Shown here one piece after another: positions 13,257 to 26,543 of a stretch of 64,000 nt of DNA. Under the pieces are notes generated by a model, which did not search any database, was not told where the DNA came from, and worked only from the letters and a program-made list of their open reading frames with translations. Location of the stretch: contig JANJGN010000028.1 of the NCBI GenBank assembly GCA_026770705.1, positions 11,284,001 to 11,348,000 of the forward strand. The letters are read 5' to 3'. The stretch's first letter is position 1, and the number at the start of each line of letters is the position of its first letter. Origin of the DNA: Isurus oxyrinchus (taxonomy: Eukaryota). A program made the translations under genes and the position numbers.

Positions 13257-13390
13257 TTCTGAAGAAGTCATACAGACTCGAAAGGTTAATTCTGTTTCTA
13301 TCTCCACATATGCTGCCAGACCTGCTGAGTTTTTCCAGCATTTTCTGTTTTTATTTCAGATGTTCAACATCTGCAATATTTTGCTTTTAC
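13257..13390 (+). mobile_element. Penelope-like terminal repeat fragment with a degenerate hammerhead motif
   Basis: ctgaaga-agtc..gact-cgaaag-gtt followed by gctgccagacctgctgag...ttccagcattttctg; the same family recurs elsewhere in the window. Confidence 0.6.
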
Positions 13391-13740
13391 ATTATGTGTA
13401 TATTTGTGGTAGAACCCTGTAACTATTCATGTGACCCACTGCATTATGGCTGATCCACATGTGTGTGTCAATCAATTCTAATGCTTTAGGAAAGTCAATT
13501 GTCCGCAGAATTGCACACGCTTGTCGTGTTGCTGATCAGTGGGAAAGGAAATCAAGGTGTTGGTCTTCCTGATGAAGGTAGCAGTCACTTTTTCAGGCAA
13601 CTATAGCTAGTAAACTGGCTGAACTGGTAGCCATACTCTGCTTCCTCTTAAATGACATGACAGCAGTGTATTTGCTATGTGCTGTGTTTGCTGTCAGCAG
13701 CAGTTTTCCTTTGGATTTTAAGGTGTAAGATTAGCCTGTG

Positions 13741-14145
13741 TTTTTTTTTATTCTTCATGGTAAGTGGGTGTTGTTGGCAAGGCCAGCATTTGTTGCCCAT
13801 CCCTAATTGCCCTTGAACTGAGTAGTTTGCCAGGCAGTTTCAGAGGCCAGTTAAGAGTCAACCACATTGCTGTGGCATCTGCCATACGTAGGCCAGACCA
13901 TGTAAGGATGGCTGATTTCCTTCCCTAAAGGGCATTAGTGAACCAGGTGGATTTTTACAACAATTGTTAGTTTTAGATGATTGATAATTTCATGGTCACC
14001 ATCACTGAGGCTAGCATTCAATTCCAAATTTATTAACTGAATTTAAATTCCACCAGATGACATGGTGCGATTTGAACCTATGTTCCTGTTAGCCTGTGAT
14101 TCTGGATTACTATTCGAATAAGATTATCATGAGACCACTGTCTCC
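13741..14145 (-). mobile_element. tRNA-derived SINE, copy 1
   Basis: B-box-like ggttcaaatc on the minus strand, core shared with three other copies, A-rich tail. Confidence 0.75.
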
Positions 14146-15073
14146 CCATCTATTTCATGTGGGTGCTAGGAATGCACTGCCTGTGTGATATGTGGAGATT
14201 GAAAATTTGAGAGCTTTCCTCAATATAATGGCCCATGTATTACTGGCCAACCACTGATATTTGTTATAATGCCAATAGCAATTTCCACACTGTGAATATC
14301 TCCTTAAAAACTAAATAAAGCATATTAAGGATATAGTAAAATCTTCTCAGCAATTTTAACTTTTAACACCCTACCATTTTTCTTTTGGTCATAGGAACTC
14401 TCAACATTCACTTCAGTGTGGAGACCAACTGTGACCTACCTGTTTCCAGGAATCTGCCATTGTCAACATTAAGTTGTCAACCTTTGCTTGAAAGCAAACT
14501 TTCTTTGGCTTACCCCACTCTGCCACTGAAATATACAATGCTGTATTCAATGATCTTCTGCTTCCAGTGCTGAGCCTTGCTGCATAGGGTGCAGCTAGAG
14601 ACAGTGCTTGCAATTTTCCAATCCGTGCGACTATCTGGAAAACCGCTGGGTTGGGAGTGTTGGAATGCAGAAATTACCTTATGGCCTCAATTTAAAAGGT
14701 TCTTGCAGCTGCACAGCTGAGATCAGGAGCTCAGTGCAGCTGGGCACACCGAACCAGCTATTGGCAATGCATGCTGATGTTCCAGTGTAGTGCATTATCA
14801 CGTTGTCAGTCATTTCCATCTACAAGATCCTACATCAGCCTCTTAACTTTGAAGAACAGCCAGTTGGAATGCATTAACCAAGCACTATTTATTCTACATC
14901 TATTCCTACAACTTCTTCTCAAGGTTCAGATTCTGTTTGTGATCTATTTCATCCGAGAAGCGTCAAACAGAAAATGGATTTATGTGATCCACAAGTACAC
15001 TACCAAAGATTGTTTATAAATAAAGAATAATGAACCATAAGGAAAACATTAAAAATTATAAGTATGAATGTCA

Positions 15074-15250
<177 letters not shown>

Positions 15251-15323
15251 TTAACAACACCAAGAGACTGTTCACATTATGTAATATTCAAAATGTCAGT
15301 TACAAAAAGGCATGAGTAGTTAC

Positions 15324-15392
15324 CTTCCAATATAACTGTGATTGGGTTAGGACGAAAGCCTTCTCCTCCAGGACAAAGAGTTCTGTACTCAG
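15324..15392 (-). CDS. FBN1: Fibrillin exon, TB4 C-terminal part ([23 protein letters not shown])
   Basis: 69 bp, [22 protein letters not shown] matches FBN1 as recalled. Confidence 0.92.
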
Positions 15393-15855
15393 CTGTTGAA
15401 AAAAGGGTTCAATGTGTTATAACAATTCAAACATAAATAGAAACTATCCTTTATAAAGCTAAAGTTAACAACATGCATTAAATTGGGAGCAAATAAAACA
15501 ATTTATACAAGTGGGCGAATAATTTGAATCCTGGTCACCTATCTTAAGCTTTGAACTATTACTATCAGGTTCAGGAAAATTTCTGTCTCTGAAAAAGATA
15601 CTAATTATATTACAATGAAGTTATGTAACCATAGATGGCTTCACTACTGATCACATACTATGCTTTCATCCACCATTCTATATTTGCTTCTATGCTCTCA
15701 ATTCTTTGCTGATAAATATATTCTATTGTATTTACTCTGTCTTGAGTTTAAAAGTATGCTTTTGTTTTAATTCTGCTTTCATGCTTCTACTGTCTATTTC
15801 TGGGGCGGAAATGGGATATTCCACCAATTGGAAGCCTACATTTTTTAGACACTGA

Positions 15856-16632
15856 GGGCAAAATCACCCGTGCCTGCGGGAGTAGGGCGTGCTTGGTTCC
15901 ATGCTGGACAATATGGCAAGAAGGCCAAAAAGTGGTTTCACGACGTCATGAAACCAGTTTGCGATCGTCTGCTCAGCCTGTTGATGGCGGGCCATGTTTC
16001 CCGCCATCGGATATTGGGAACCTCATTGTAATATATCTGCATATCATTATAAGGTTAGCCCACTGGACTCATACCCCCCATGCTGGATCGTCCGCCCACA
16101 TTGTTTCACAACTGCACATAAGTGACGTGCACCTGGCGAGCTGCACCTGGCTTGGGCCTTCAAGGTTTGTTTGCCTATCTTGCTTCGGGCAGCACTCGCA
16201 GTCATCAGCACCAGGCTTTGCAGACAACACCACAGCATTTTTAGGGGGGCTCATGGGCAAGTCTCTACCTACCAGACCAGCTATAAGGTGGGAGTGGATT
16301 TGTACAGCTCTCCCCCTTCCCCAAGCAAGCCCAAGCCCTTTTCTTTCAGTGCCATGTCTTATTTGCAGCAGCCGTGGGCTGGAAGCACTTAGAGGTGTGC
16401 GCTCGGCTGTACTTTAAATGTGGCACCCATGGTGATGAAGCAGCGAGGTGATGATGTGGCAGGTGACTCCAAACCTGCCCGCCATGGAAACGACATGTTT
16501 TCCGGTAATGCATAATTAATGAGGTGGGCTTGGGATCATACGGCGTGATAAACTGCCACTGTGGCCAGCAGGCAAAACGTTGTTTTACCTGCCTGCCACC
16601 GTACTTAGTGCAAATCTGGGATGATTCTACCC
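15856..16632. mobile_element. Harbinger-type MITE
   Basis: TIRs gggcaaaatcaccc / ggatgattctaccc; 3-bp TSD TGA/TGA. Confidence 0.7.
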
Positions 16633-17019
16633 TGACGTTTTTATATCTAGATCATGAACGTGTAAAAACAAACTAAAAGGAATTTTATTATGGGTCATTG
16701 TGATCATCTCTGGATGAGTAAACACATTTGTAGGACTCAATCCTTGTAGCTTGATCTTTTAAAAATGTAATTATGTTCTAAAGATTGGGTTCATAAAGCT
16801 TGTCACTATTTGGAACCCCAACAAGGAAATTAAATCTCATGGATACTGTCCATTACATAAGTCCTTGCAATTATAATGAGAAAACTTATACATCAAAACG
16901 GTGAAAGATTTTAAAAATTATCTCAATAAAATTATACCATATTAATATTAAATCCAATAATGACATTTCTCAAATAAAGTAGATAGAAAATAGCTTTAAA
17001 GCATTTTCTGAACTCTTAC

Positions 17020-17181
17020 ATGAATTGATAGAGGGACACAGTTCACATGGAAAGCCCCAGGCTCTGCCCAAAGAACAGCAACAAGATGCTCTTGAAACTC
17101 CTACACCAATCTCATTGCTGCAAGAAAGGGTGTTATCTCCACGCAATGAATATTCCAAGAAGCACTTGCCCAAGCGAGGAT
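17020..17181 (-). CDS. FBN1: Fibrillin exon, TB4 N-terminal part with RGD ([54 protein letters not shown])
   Basis: 162 bp, AG/GT, 8-Cys TB motif with CCC. RGD codons at 17135-17143. Confidence 0.92.
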
Positions 17182-17417
17182 CTATGTAATAAAATGCATA
17201 ATTTACAAACATTAATCGATTCTGCTACTGAAAACATTAAGTAGTTTTATAAGGGAAATGCCTTTGAAACACATTCTGCATATTTCTCCATAGGCATTTC
17301 TAAGGTTAGCTGTGGTCCTTGAACATTATATTAGAATTGTGTTAGTTAATTGAATTACCTGGCTAATTGGTTCTTTTAGAATTGTATTTATAAATCTAAT
17401 TGGGGAAATCTAATTTG

Positions 17418-17532
17418 AGGACTCAAAACGTCAACTCTTTTCTTCTCTGCCGATGCTGCCAGACCTGCTGAGTTTTTCCAGGTAATTCTGTTTTTGTTTT
17501 GGATTTCCAACATCCGCAGTTTTTTGTTTTTA
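17418..17532 (+). mobile_element. Penelope-like terminal repeat fragment
   Basis: gaggactcaaaacgtcaactc...gatgctgccagacctgctgag; near-identical to 53981-54060. Confidence 0.6.
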
Positions 17533-17801
17533 TATATGATAAATAAGTACATAGCTTTAACTTCTCTTTTTCAATTTTATATTCTCTATGCCATGAAAAT
17601 GGCTTTTGGGGTCTAAAGATGCACCCCAGGATCTCAATCTATGACAAGCTATATTGTTCCCAAATAAGTGACCTGAAAAATATATTTTTCACTTATTCTA
17701 TTATCTTGGTTCTATATGTAGTGTATTATTCCTGGCTGAGAGCTTGGGTTAATTGCCTGCTCCCAGGCTAATGGTAGCGTTGCTATGAAATCTGTGTAAT
17801 A

Positions 17802-19585
17802 CCCTACCTGAAGGGTTTAACATAATTTGTGTTCAACAGCATTCATTTGCACTCATTTTACATCAATTGTGCTCAAAAGCGATTGTTTAGCCATCATTTA
17901 ACACAATAGCACTCAAAACCAATCATTTAAACATTATTTGGCATCAATTGCACTCAAAACCAATTATTTAGCTATCATTTAATATTACATGTACCAAAAC
18001 TGACAATGTCATTAATTTCCCCAAACCACAGCACTCAAACATTTGCGATTAATAACATTACTTATGCCGACACCAAAAATGATCAGAGTTTATTTTCCAT
18101 TTTTCTGAATTACGATAGCTTTAAACATCATAAAACTGAGCTAACTTTAGAAAAAGCAGACCCTATTTTGATTAGGTACTTTTATGTTTTTCTTTATAAC
18201 CTATAACTCGTGCAGCACAACCCTGCCCACAACCCCCGCCACACCACCCACCATCTTTCCCCTCCACCCCCCACCATGCTGACCCACCACCCTCACCCCC
18301 ACAACACTGCCCCACAACCTTTCCCCTCCACCACCACCCCAAACCCACCAACACCCCCCAGCCCTACCAACACCTCCCCATCACCCACCCCCCATATTGC
18401 CCCCATCCTCCCCACCCCCTCTTATTCCCCTTCCCCCTTCTCCTCTTTCCCCTCTCTCTTCTAACCCCCTCTCCCCCTCCTTCTTCTCCCCATACCCCCT
18501 CCCCTTTCTCCCATTCCCCTATTCCACCCCTCTCCTCTTCTGCGCCCCTTTCTCCCCCACTTCCGTCCCTTTGCCCTCTTTCCCCTACCCTCTTCTATCG
18601 CCCTTCCCCCCTCCCCACTCCAGTCTTCCTTCCCCCTCCCCTCTTCAATCCCTCTTACTCCTCCCCTCTTGAGTTCTTCCCCTCCCTCCCCTCCTCTTCC
18701 CACTCCCTTTTTGCACCCAAGGCCTCTCCCCTCTTTTGCCTCCCACTTCTTCCCTTCCTTACCACCCCACCGTGGAGTTTTCTGTTCACAAGGATGGTTG
18801 GAAACTGGAAGTGATGCTTTCTGGCCAGCCCTGGTGCAGATTTGAAGTTGGAGCGGGAACAGTGAGGACTGTGACAATAGGGTAACTATTCGGAGTCGTG
18901 GGAGATTGAGAGAGGTTGGTGGGGGGTTGGGGGGGTTTGGAAGGCCCGTGGCCCGGAAGGTTGGCGAGGCCTGAGACCTGGAGATTGGTGGATGGGGAGG
19001 GGCTGGATTTGAGGGTTGAGTTTGGACACAAGAAGGATAGAGGGGAGAGTTTAGAATCTGTAGGGAGGAGAGAGAGTTTGGAGGCTGGAGGGATGGGAGG
19101 AAGAGTTTGGAGGCTGGAGGGAAGGGGGGAGAGTTTAGACCCTGAGATTTTGGAGAGTTTGGACCCTGAGACCTGGGGGTGGGGGGGGTGGTGGTGAATG
19201 GGTATAAATTACAGACCCTGAGATTAAAATGAATTAAGAACTGTTGGAAATCAGGTGGTACTCTCAAACATGTATAGTGGAACCAATTTTTGGACAAAAT
19301 GAAAAACTGAATGAATTCAGTTGTTATTTAAATAATTAATTTCCTTATATTTTTCAGTGCAGATTGTTGAGCGCATTTGATAGCTTTGAGCATGCTGGAC
19401 AATTTTTAGCACACTGGGCAGCTTTGAGCACATTGGATACAGGTTTGAGTGCACTGGATATCCTTGAATGCACTATCTAATTTGATGTCAAATTCATTCC
19501 AAGTTAGAACTTTTGATGTCAAATTGTAATTGAGAGCATTGAATACACTTGAAAGCAAAATTTATGTTAAAATTTTCAGGTAGGG
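17802..19585. mobile_element. Non-autonomous TIR DNA element (possibly CMC/EnSpm-like) with a low-complexity core
   Basis: Imperfect ~45-bp TIRs CCCTACCTGAA...TTCAGGTAGGG and subterminal gcactcaaa repeats. No clean TSD, so the superfamily is uncertain. Confidence 0.6.
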
Positions 19586-19853
19586 AAGTGTGTCTCAGTC
19601 TAACTCTCCCTCCCTGTGGGTGTGAATCCATCTTTGCTTGAAATGTCCTAAAAACATGCAAGAAATTAGTAACTATTAACTACACATACATTTAAATCCA
19701 CATTCAATGCTCTGAAGTATTAAAGTTTGCTGATAATTTTCTTGTAGTGAACAGCTTTCCCATGTTTATTTTAGGTAACTTTGGGGTTATTGCTAAACTA
19801 TCATCACAATCCAACCATTTAATGCAATCTGTTTAACATGAATTGTAACGTAC

Positions 19854-19976
19854 CAACACAGCCCACACCAGTTGGGTTCAACTCAAATTCAGATGGGCAA
19901 TTGCAAACGTAGCTTCCAGGGGTGTTAACACAAATTCCATTGATACAATTAACTGGATCTGCACACTCATTGACAT
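19854..19976 (-). CDS. FBN1: Fibrillin exon, cbEGF22 ([41 protein letters not shown])
   Basis: 123 bp, AG/GT, cbEGF consensus. Confidence 0.9.
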
Positions 19977-20115
19977 CTGTTAAAAAATTTCCAAAATATA
20001 TTAGATAATGCTTTTTAGTCATGCTCTAAATCATTTTGAAACTTTAATTGCTTGCTCTAAATATCTGAGAAATAATATGACTGATGTTATTGACCAAAAG
20101 AAAGCAACATGTTAC

Positions 20116-20238
20116 CTGTGCAGTTGCCGCCACTCCTATCTAGCTCGTAACCCAAATCACATTCGCATCTGAAGAGTCCTGGAAGATTCTGGCACCTTCC
20201 AAACACACAAATGTCAGCGAATGAGCATTCGTCAATAT
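20116..20238 (-). CDS. FBN1: Fibrillin exon, cbEGF21 ([41 protein letters not shown])
   Basis: 123 bp, [13 protein letters not shown] and DRSGGNCT are FBN1-like. Confidence 0.9.
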
Positions 20239-20513
20239 CTGGAAAAGAATTATAAAGAGCTCACTGAAAACAACCTTTTAAAACATATTCAAGTGTTCAT
20301 TGTAGTTTTAAACGCACAAACTCCATTTATGCTATCATAAAAAACTTTTGAGAGATACAGAGAGGACACTTTGGAAAATCTTTTACTTAATTTGCATTAA
20401 CGGGGTAGGGCAAAACAGGCTTTAACACCATAGCTGTAAAACCTTTATTTCAGGTATGATCAATATATTAGACAGAAGAGAATCACAATCATAAATAGAT
20501 AGGTGACCCGTAC

Positions 20514-20639
20514 CTTGACATGCCCTGCCATCTACAGTCGGTGTGAAGCCCATATCACATTCACAACGGTAACCTCCAGGTGCATTTAAGCAATGGCCAT
20601 TCTCACAAAAGTTTACATTTTCAGCACATTCGTCAATAT
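20514..20639 (-). CDS. FBN1: Fibrillin exon, cbEGF20 ([42 protein letters not shown])
   Basis: 126 bp, [18 protein letters not shown] is FBN1-like. Confidence 0.9.
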
Positions 20640-21319
20640 CTAGTACATAGGGGAAAAATGAAAACACACTGAAAACAATGAATTCCTATATCGTATAAAA
20701 AAGTTTGAAGATTACATTTTATTCTGATAGAGATGGAGGGAAATAAAAACAGCACCCACAGGTCGATCACTTTTTACACACAAATTAGGGCTTTTTGGAG
20801 GTGCTGCTTATTGTTCAGCTTCATCTATTTTAAGCACATGTTGCGGGTAGTCATCAGGACTGGGAACATGTACAATTTTCTCCTTGCACTGAGGCCAATT
20901 TTAGTGTCCTTAATGCTTTCCAGTTAGATCAGATTATTCAGCACAGATCATGGATCAAGCTGAAACGTTCCTGGTCTCTGCATAACAGCTATTCACTGAG
21001 GGAATAGGGAGTCAATGGTGAATTAAAAAAAAGATGTCAATACACAATAAATATCAACCATGTTTTCAAGTTGTGCCCCAAGGCTTTCAGCACAACTTTT
21101 CAGGGTCAATAATTTGTCCGAGTACTGGAATTTTAAGAATAACAATGATAGAGATTATGAAAAGATTCAAGAATGGTTCTATAGATTGAGCATTTTAACA
21201 GCCGGCACTAAGAAGAAATCAAATAATCTATTATAATTTATTGATCCTAATATTGACTCTGATGAGGAAATGAATGGTCATCAGTCAACATTAATGTTCA
21301 TTTTTATGACAAAGAAAAA

Positions 21320-21880
21320 TCACACCTACTGCAACATCACTTGCTTCTGCCCTACAATAACTCCTACCACTGTTGGCAAAGCTCTTATCAATAGGACTGT
21401 TACTTCCAGGCTCAGCCATTCGAACTTTGCTGCCCTTACGAGATCAATCTTACATAATCCATAATACATCCAAAACTACAACTACACTGTATTCTGCCAT
21501 CTCATCATCCTTGCCTTTGTGAATATCCTTGGTCCCACAACACACCAAATTCATATTTCTTGTACATATCTACATAGTCATATCTCTAACTGCATCTCCA
21601 ACCTTCTATCACTCTGTGTATTTCTATGAGTTTGGAGTTTTCTGCTTTTGTTTCATCACTGAGTTTTTAAACTACCGCGAACCACATTCTGAACCCACCC
21701 CACCCCAAGCCCTCCACTTTGTTAACTCTTTTATTTTGTTTAAACATCTCCTCGAACTTGAATCTTTAACTACATTTTTGATCACTTTCCTTCAAATTTC
21801 CTCCCACCACTGTTTGGTTTCAGGTCTGTGACATGCTTTCAATCAATTATCACACTAAAGGTGCTATTTAAGTGAAAGTG
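21320..21880 (+). mobile_element. Old L2-like LINE 3' fragment
   Basis: Resembles the L2 region at 54350-54680 and ends in an aaaggtgctatttaagtgaaag-type tail. Heavily decayed. Confidence 0.4.
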
Positions 21881-22068
21881 ACTGCATTAATAACTCTGAT
21901 GGACAAGAAACCTTCATTTGTCTACTTTAATGTTAAGTCTTAAGAAATAATAAAACTTCCATCTTGATTATTAAGGGATAAACACATGAATGCCTTGTGT
22001 AAATAAATGTTGAAATCATGCATGATAATGAGTAAAAAATAAAAGAAGTATTTCATCTTTGGACTTAC

Positions 22069-22191
22069 CGGTACAAAACAAGCCATCACCTTTGTAACCC
22101 TCTTTACAAGTACATCGGTACGATCCATCTGTATTCATGCATTCAGCACTGGGGCTGCAGTTATGGGTTCCATTTGAACACTCATCTACAT
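22069..22191 (-). CDS. FBN1: Fibrillin exon, cbEGF19 ([41 protein letters not shown])
   Basis: 123 bp, AAG acceptor, GTAAGT donor; lies inside ORF 22016..22231. Confidence 0.9.
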
Positions 22192-22912
22192 CTTTGAAAA
22201 TAAAATGATACATAATCAGTGCAAAGAGCATTCACAACAATGAAACTGTTTAAGAATTCCTCGAATTATGTGCAACATTCATTCTGATATAATTCAGTTT
22301 AGATAATATTCAGCTCCATTTGTCATCAAATGTAAAATTAATCTTTGGAGAGATCTGACCTCATTTGGAATTGAGTTGAGCATTGAAGTTGTCTGGAGTT
22401 TCACAATAGTTTAAAGATAAGGATCAAGGCCAATAATGATACTACACCCTTGTGTGACATATGAAAAATATTCACGCTCTATGCTGCATGTTGATACTAT
22501 TAAAGTATAACTGATCCATGATTGTAATGATACCATAAATATTGTACAAATAAGATACTATTTGAGGGAAGATGCATGACTACTCCATGAAGGGAAGCTT
22601 TCAATACAAAATATTTCCTTTGAGTTAGAAATACCTCTGGTGGGAATAACTAGAATCTTGGCCTCATATGATGAGGCACCAGTTGCATGATTCTTTATTC
22701 ACTTCTGGTAGGGTTGGGATAATGGCCTTTATATATAAGTGAGCAGTAGCTCTTGGAAATATTCAAATGCATTTTTTTAAAAACAAGGCCAATTGTTAAA
22801 AAATTGAAAATCTGAAAGTAAATCATCAAGAGTTTGTATTCTTCCCACCCCCACCCGGCCCTCCACTTGTTCATAATTAAAACTTACTTGTCCTTCAACA
22901 AAACATTCTTAC

Positions 22913-23035
22913 CAGAACACTTGATGCCATTTCCTGACCAGCCATCTGCACAGGCACACTTGAAGCTTCCTGGAGTATTTGTACATATGGCATATTTGTC
23001 ACAATTATGTGCACTGATCTCACATTCATTAATAT
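22913..23035 (-). CDS. FBN1: Fibrillin exon, cbEGF18 ([41 protein letters not shown])
   Basis: 123 bp, AG/GT. It is the next domain in fibrillin order, after a 35.5 kb intron. Confidence 0.9.
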
Positions 23036-23767
23036 CTATAACAGAAAAAAAGTTCATTTAAAATAAAAGGATAAGGCAACGGGTTGTGTTAAAGCCTTCT
23101 CATTTAGTGGAATGCAACCTTATACATAGTCCTAGATCATTCGTAATTAAAGAGGTGCTGCTTTATGAAATCATTTTTACTTTTTGAAAAGGAAACAACT
23201 TGAGCTGATTTTTGTTAAGCCGTCATACCCAAAAGAAATGATAAATTGTTTCGAAAGATTTGTCACTGTTCTGGTAAATAAGTGCCCATAAATAAATGCT
23301 AAAAAGCTTGCCAAACACTTTTCATAATGGTGATACCCTTCTAAAATAAGTTAGATTACATTTTTAAATGTATTGTAATAAACCAATAATGACGTTAATA
23401 CATACAGTAACAAATTTCTTCAATGTTATTTTTAAGCATAATTTTATCACTATTACTGACTGACTCTTACTCAGTTGCTATATATTCAGTAGTTTTACTA
23501 CACTTCAGTATTAGTATTTTACTTTTGACTTGCTCTTGTTTAAATATCAACTTGCCTCCATGCAAGGAAAGATAAATAGGTCTCACAGTATTCTTGTACT
23601 TTCAGGTACATGACACGTATAATCAGTTTAAGAACAGGCAAAAGACCACTTTTTCATCTTCCAAATCTGTCCACTATTGTTAGTTGCTAGAGTAAGCAAT
23701 TTTATCCTTCACATATTTACCATTTGTGCTATTCCGCACTTAAGGTCTTATATCTGCTGATCTCATG

Positions 23768-26543
23768 GGAAGAATTTTCTGGTCAGCGAGCAGGGGTAGG
23801 CCCCCTCGATGACACGTAAAATGACGTTACCGTGCGTCATTTAGATTTTCAGGTCAATGGGGGCACAGCCGAGTTGGCTGCACACCCGCCGAACTGTCAA
23901 AGGCCTATTAAGGCCAGTTAAAAACTAGTTAAACAGTTAAGTGAGCTGCTCTTCCAACCTTAAGGTTGGTGGGCAGGCGAAGAGGCCAGGTGGCCTTCGC
24001 ATTTTTCATAATATGATAGAATTCTTCATCAAGATGGAGAGTGACGTAGTTGATTCTGAGACTTGGGTCCTGAATCTTAATAAAGGAAACTACGATGGTA
24101 TGAGGCGCGTGTTGGCTATGATGGATTGGGAAACATTACTTAAAGGGATGATGGTGGATAGGCAATGGCAAATATTCAAAGAGTGCACGGGTGAACTGTG
24201 ACAATTGTTTATTCCTGTCTGGCGCAAAAATAAAACAGGAAAGGTGGCCAAACCATGGCTTACAAGGGAAATTAGAGATAGTATTAGAGCCAAGGAAGAG
24301 GCATATAAATTGGCCAGAAAAAACAACAGACCTGAGGATTGGAAGCAGTTTATAATTCAGCAAAGGAGGACCAAGGGATTGATTAAGAAGGGGAAATTGA
24401 GTACAAGAGTAAGCTTGCAGGGAACATAAAAACTAACTGTAAAAGTTTCTGTAGGTATGTGAAGAGAAAAAGATTGGCGAAGACAAATGTAGGTCCCTTA
24501 CAGTCAGAAACAGGGGAATTTATAATGGGGAATAAAGAAATGACTAACCAACTAAATGCATACTTTGGTTCTGTCTTCACAGAGGAGGACACAAATAACA
24601 TACCAGAGATGTTGGGGAACACAGGGTTTAGTGAGAGGGAGGAACTGAAAGAAATCAGTATTAGTAGGGAAATGGTGTTGGGGAAATTGATGGGATTGAA
24701 GGCCGATAAATTCCCAGGGCCTGATAATCTACATCACTGAGTACTTAAGGAAGTGACCCTAGAAATAGTGGATGCATTGGTGGTCATCTTCCGAGATGCT
24801 ATAGACTCAGGAACAGTTCCTACAAATTGGAGGGTAGCTAATCTAAGCCCACTATTTAAAAAGGGAGGTAGAGAGAAAACAGAGAATTGTAGACCAGTCA
24901 GCCTGGCGTCTGTAGTGGGGAAAACTCTAGAGTCCATTATAAAAGATTTAATAGCTGGGAACGTGGAAAACAGTAGCAGAATCGGCCAGAGTCACTTGGA
25001 TTTATGAAAGGGAAATCATGCTTGACAAATCTACTGGAATTTTTCGAAGATGTAACTAGTAGAGTTGATGAGGGGGAGCCAGTGGATGTGGTTTATATGG
25101 ACTTTCAGAATGCTTTCAACAATGTCCCACATAAGAGATTGGCGTGTAAAATTAAAGCGCATGGGATTGGGTGTAGTGTATTGAGCTCATTAGAAAACTG
25201 GTTGGCAGACAGGAAACAAAGAGTAGGAATAAACGGGTCTTTTTCTGAATGGCAGGCAGTGACTAGTGGGGTACCGCAGGGATCAGTGCTGGGACCCCAA
25301 TTATTTAACAATATATATTAATGATTTAGATGAGGGAATTAAATGTAATATCTCCAAATTTGCAGACGACACAAAGTTGGGTGGGAGGATGAGCTGTGAG
25401 GAGGATGCAGAGATGCTTCAGTGTGATTTGGACAAGCTGAGTGAGTGGGCAAATGCATGGCAGATGCAGTATAATGTGAATAAATGTGAGGTTATCCATT
25501 TTGGTAGCAAAAACAGGAAGGCAGATTATTATCTGAATGGCTATAAATTGAAAGAGGGGAATGTGCGACGAGACCTGGGTGTCCTTGTACACCAGTTGCT
25601 GAAGGTAAGCATGCAGGTGCAACAGGCGGTAAAGAAGGCAAATAGTATGTTGGCCTTCATAGCCAGAGGATTCGAGTACAGGAACAGGGATGTCTTGCTG
25701 CAATTGTACAGGGCCTTGGTGAGACCACACCTGGAATATTGTGTGCAGTTTTGATCTCTTTATCTAAGGAAGGATGTACTTGCTATAGAGGGAGTGCAGT
25801 GAAGGCTTACCCGTCTGATTCCTGGGATGGTGGGACTGACATATGAGGAGAGATTGAGTCGATTAGGATTATATTTGCTGGAGTTCAGAAGAATGAGGAG
25901 GGATCTCTTGGAAACCTATAAAATTCTAACAGAACTAGACAGGGTGGATGCAGGAAGGACGTTCCCAATGGTGGAGGGGTCCAGAACCAGGGGTCACAGT
26001 CTGAGGATACAGGGTAGACCATTTAGGACTGAGATGAGGAGAAATTTCTTCACCCAGAGAGTGGTGTGCCTGTGGAATTCATTACCACAGAAGGTAGTTG
26101 AGACCAAAACATTGTATGTTTTCAAGAAGGAGTTAGATATAGTTCTTGGGGCGAAAGGAATCAAAGGATATGGGGAGAAAGCAGGAGCAGACTATTGAGT
26201 TGGATGATCATAATGAATAGCAGAGCAGGTTCGAAGGGCCGAATGGCTTACCTCTGCTCCTAGTTTCTATGAAACCTCATTCATGGGTGGGATGAGGTTT
26301 CATGAACTATTTTAAAATCTAATAAACATTTATACATTTATTCTTTGACACTTCCCAGCTCATGTGATAGTGTCACATGAGGCGACATGTTTTATAAGCT
26401 GAAAAATTCTTTATTTAAAAGTTGAAGACTGAAACAAATCTCCCCTGACACACCTCCATGCCTCAGGGAGATCTCTGCGCTCTTTCGCGCACATGCACGA
26501 TAGAGCGCAGGGAACCACTCAGGGAATCTGTCCCCTGCCCACA
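23768..26543. mobile_element. Harbinger-type MITE split by a CR1 insertion (parts 23768-24006 and 26271-26543)
   Basis: Both parts are collinear with the intact copy at 37785-38459. Left TIR ggaagaatttt; right end truncated. Confidence 0.7.
24007..26271 (+). mobile_element. 5'-truncated CR1 LINE (ORF2 RT), relatively young
   Basis: Long RT ORF fragments: KGKSCLTNLLEFFE, GVPQGSVLGP, KFADDTKL, VRPHLEYCVQF. Tail ...tagtttctatg. Confidence 0.92.

Noticed and set aside
15893-16417. 174-aa ORF as a novel gene
   Set aside because: Lies wholly within a GC-richer MITE, with no recognisable domain or splice structure.
18172-19297. Long Pro/Gly-rich ORFs (up to 278 aa)
   Set aside because: Stop-poor low-complexity C/G tracts inside a non-coding TIR element.
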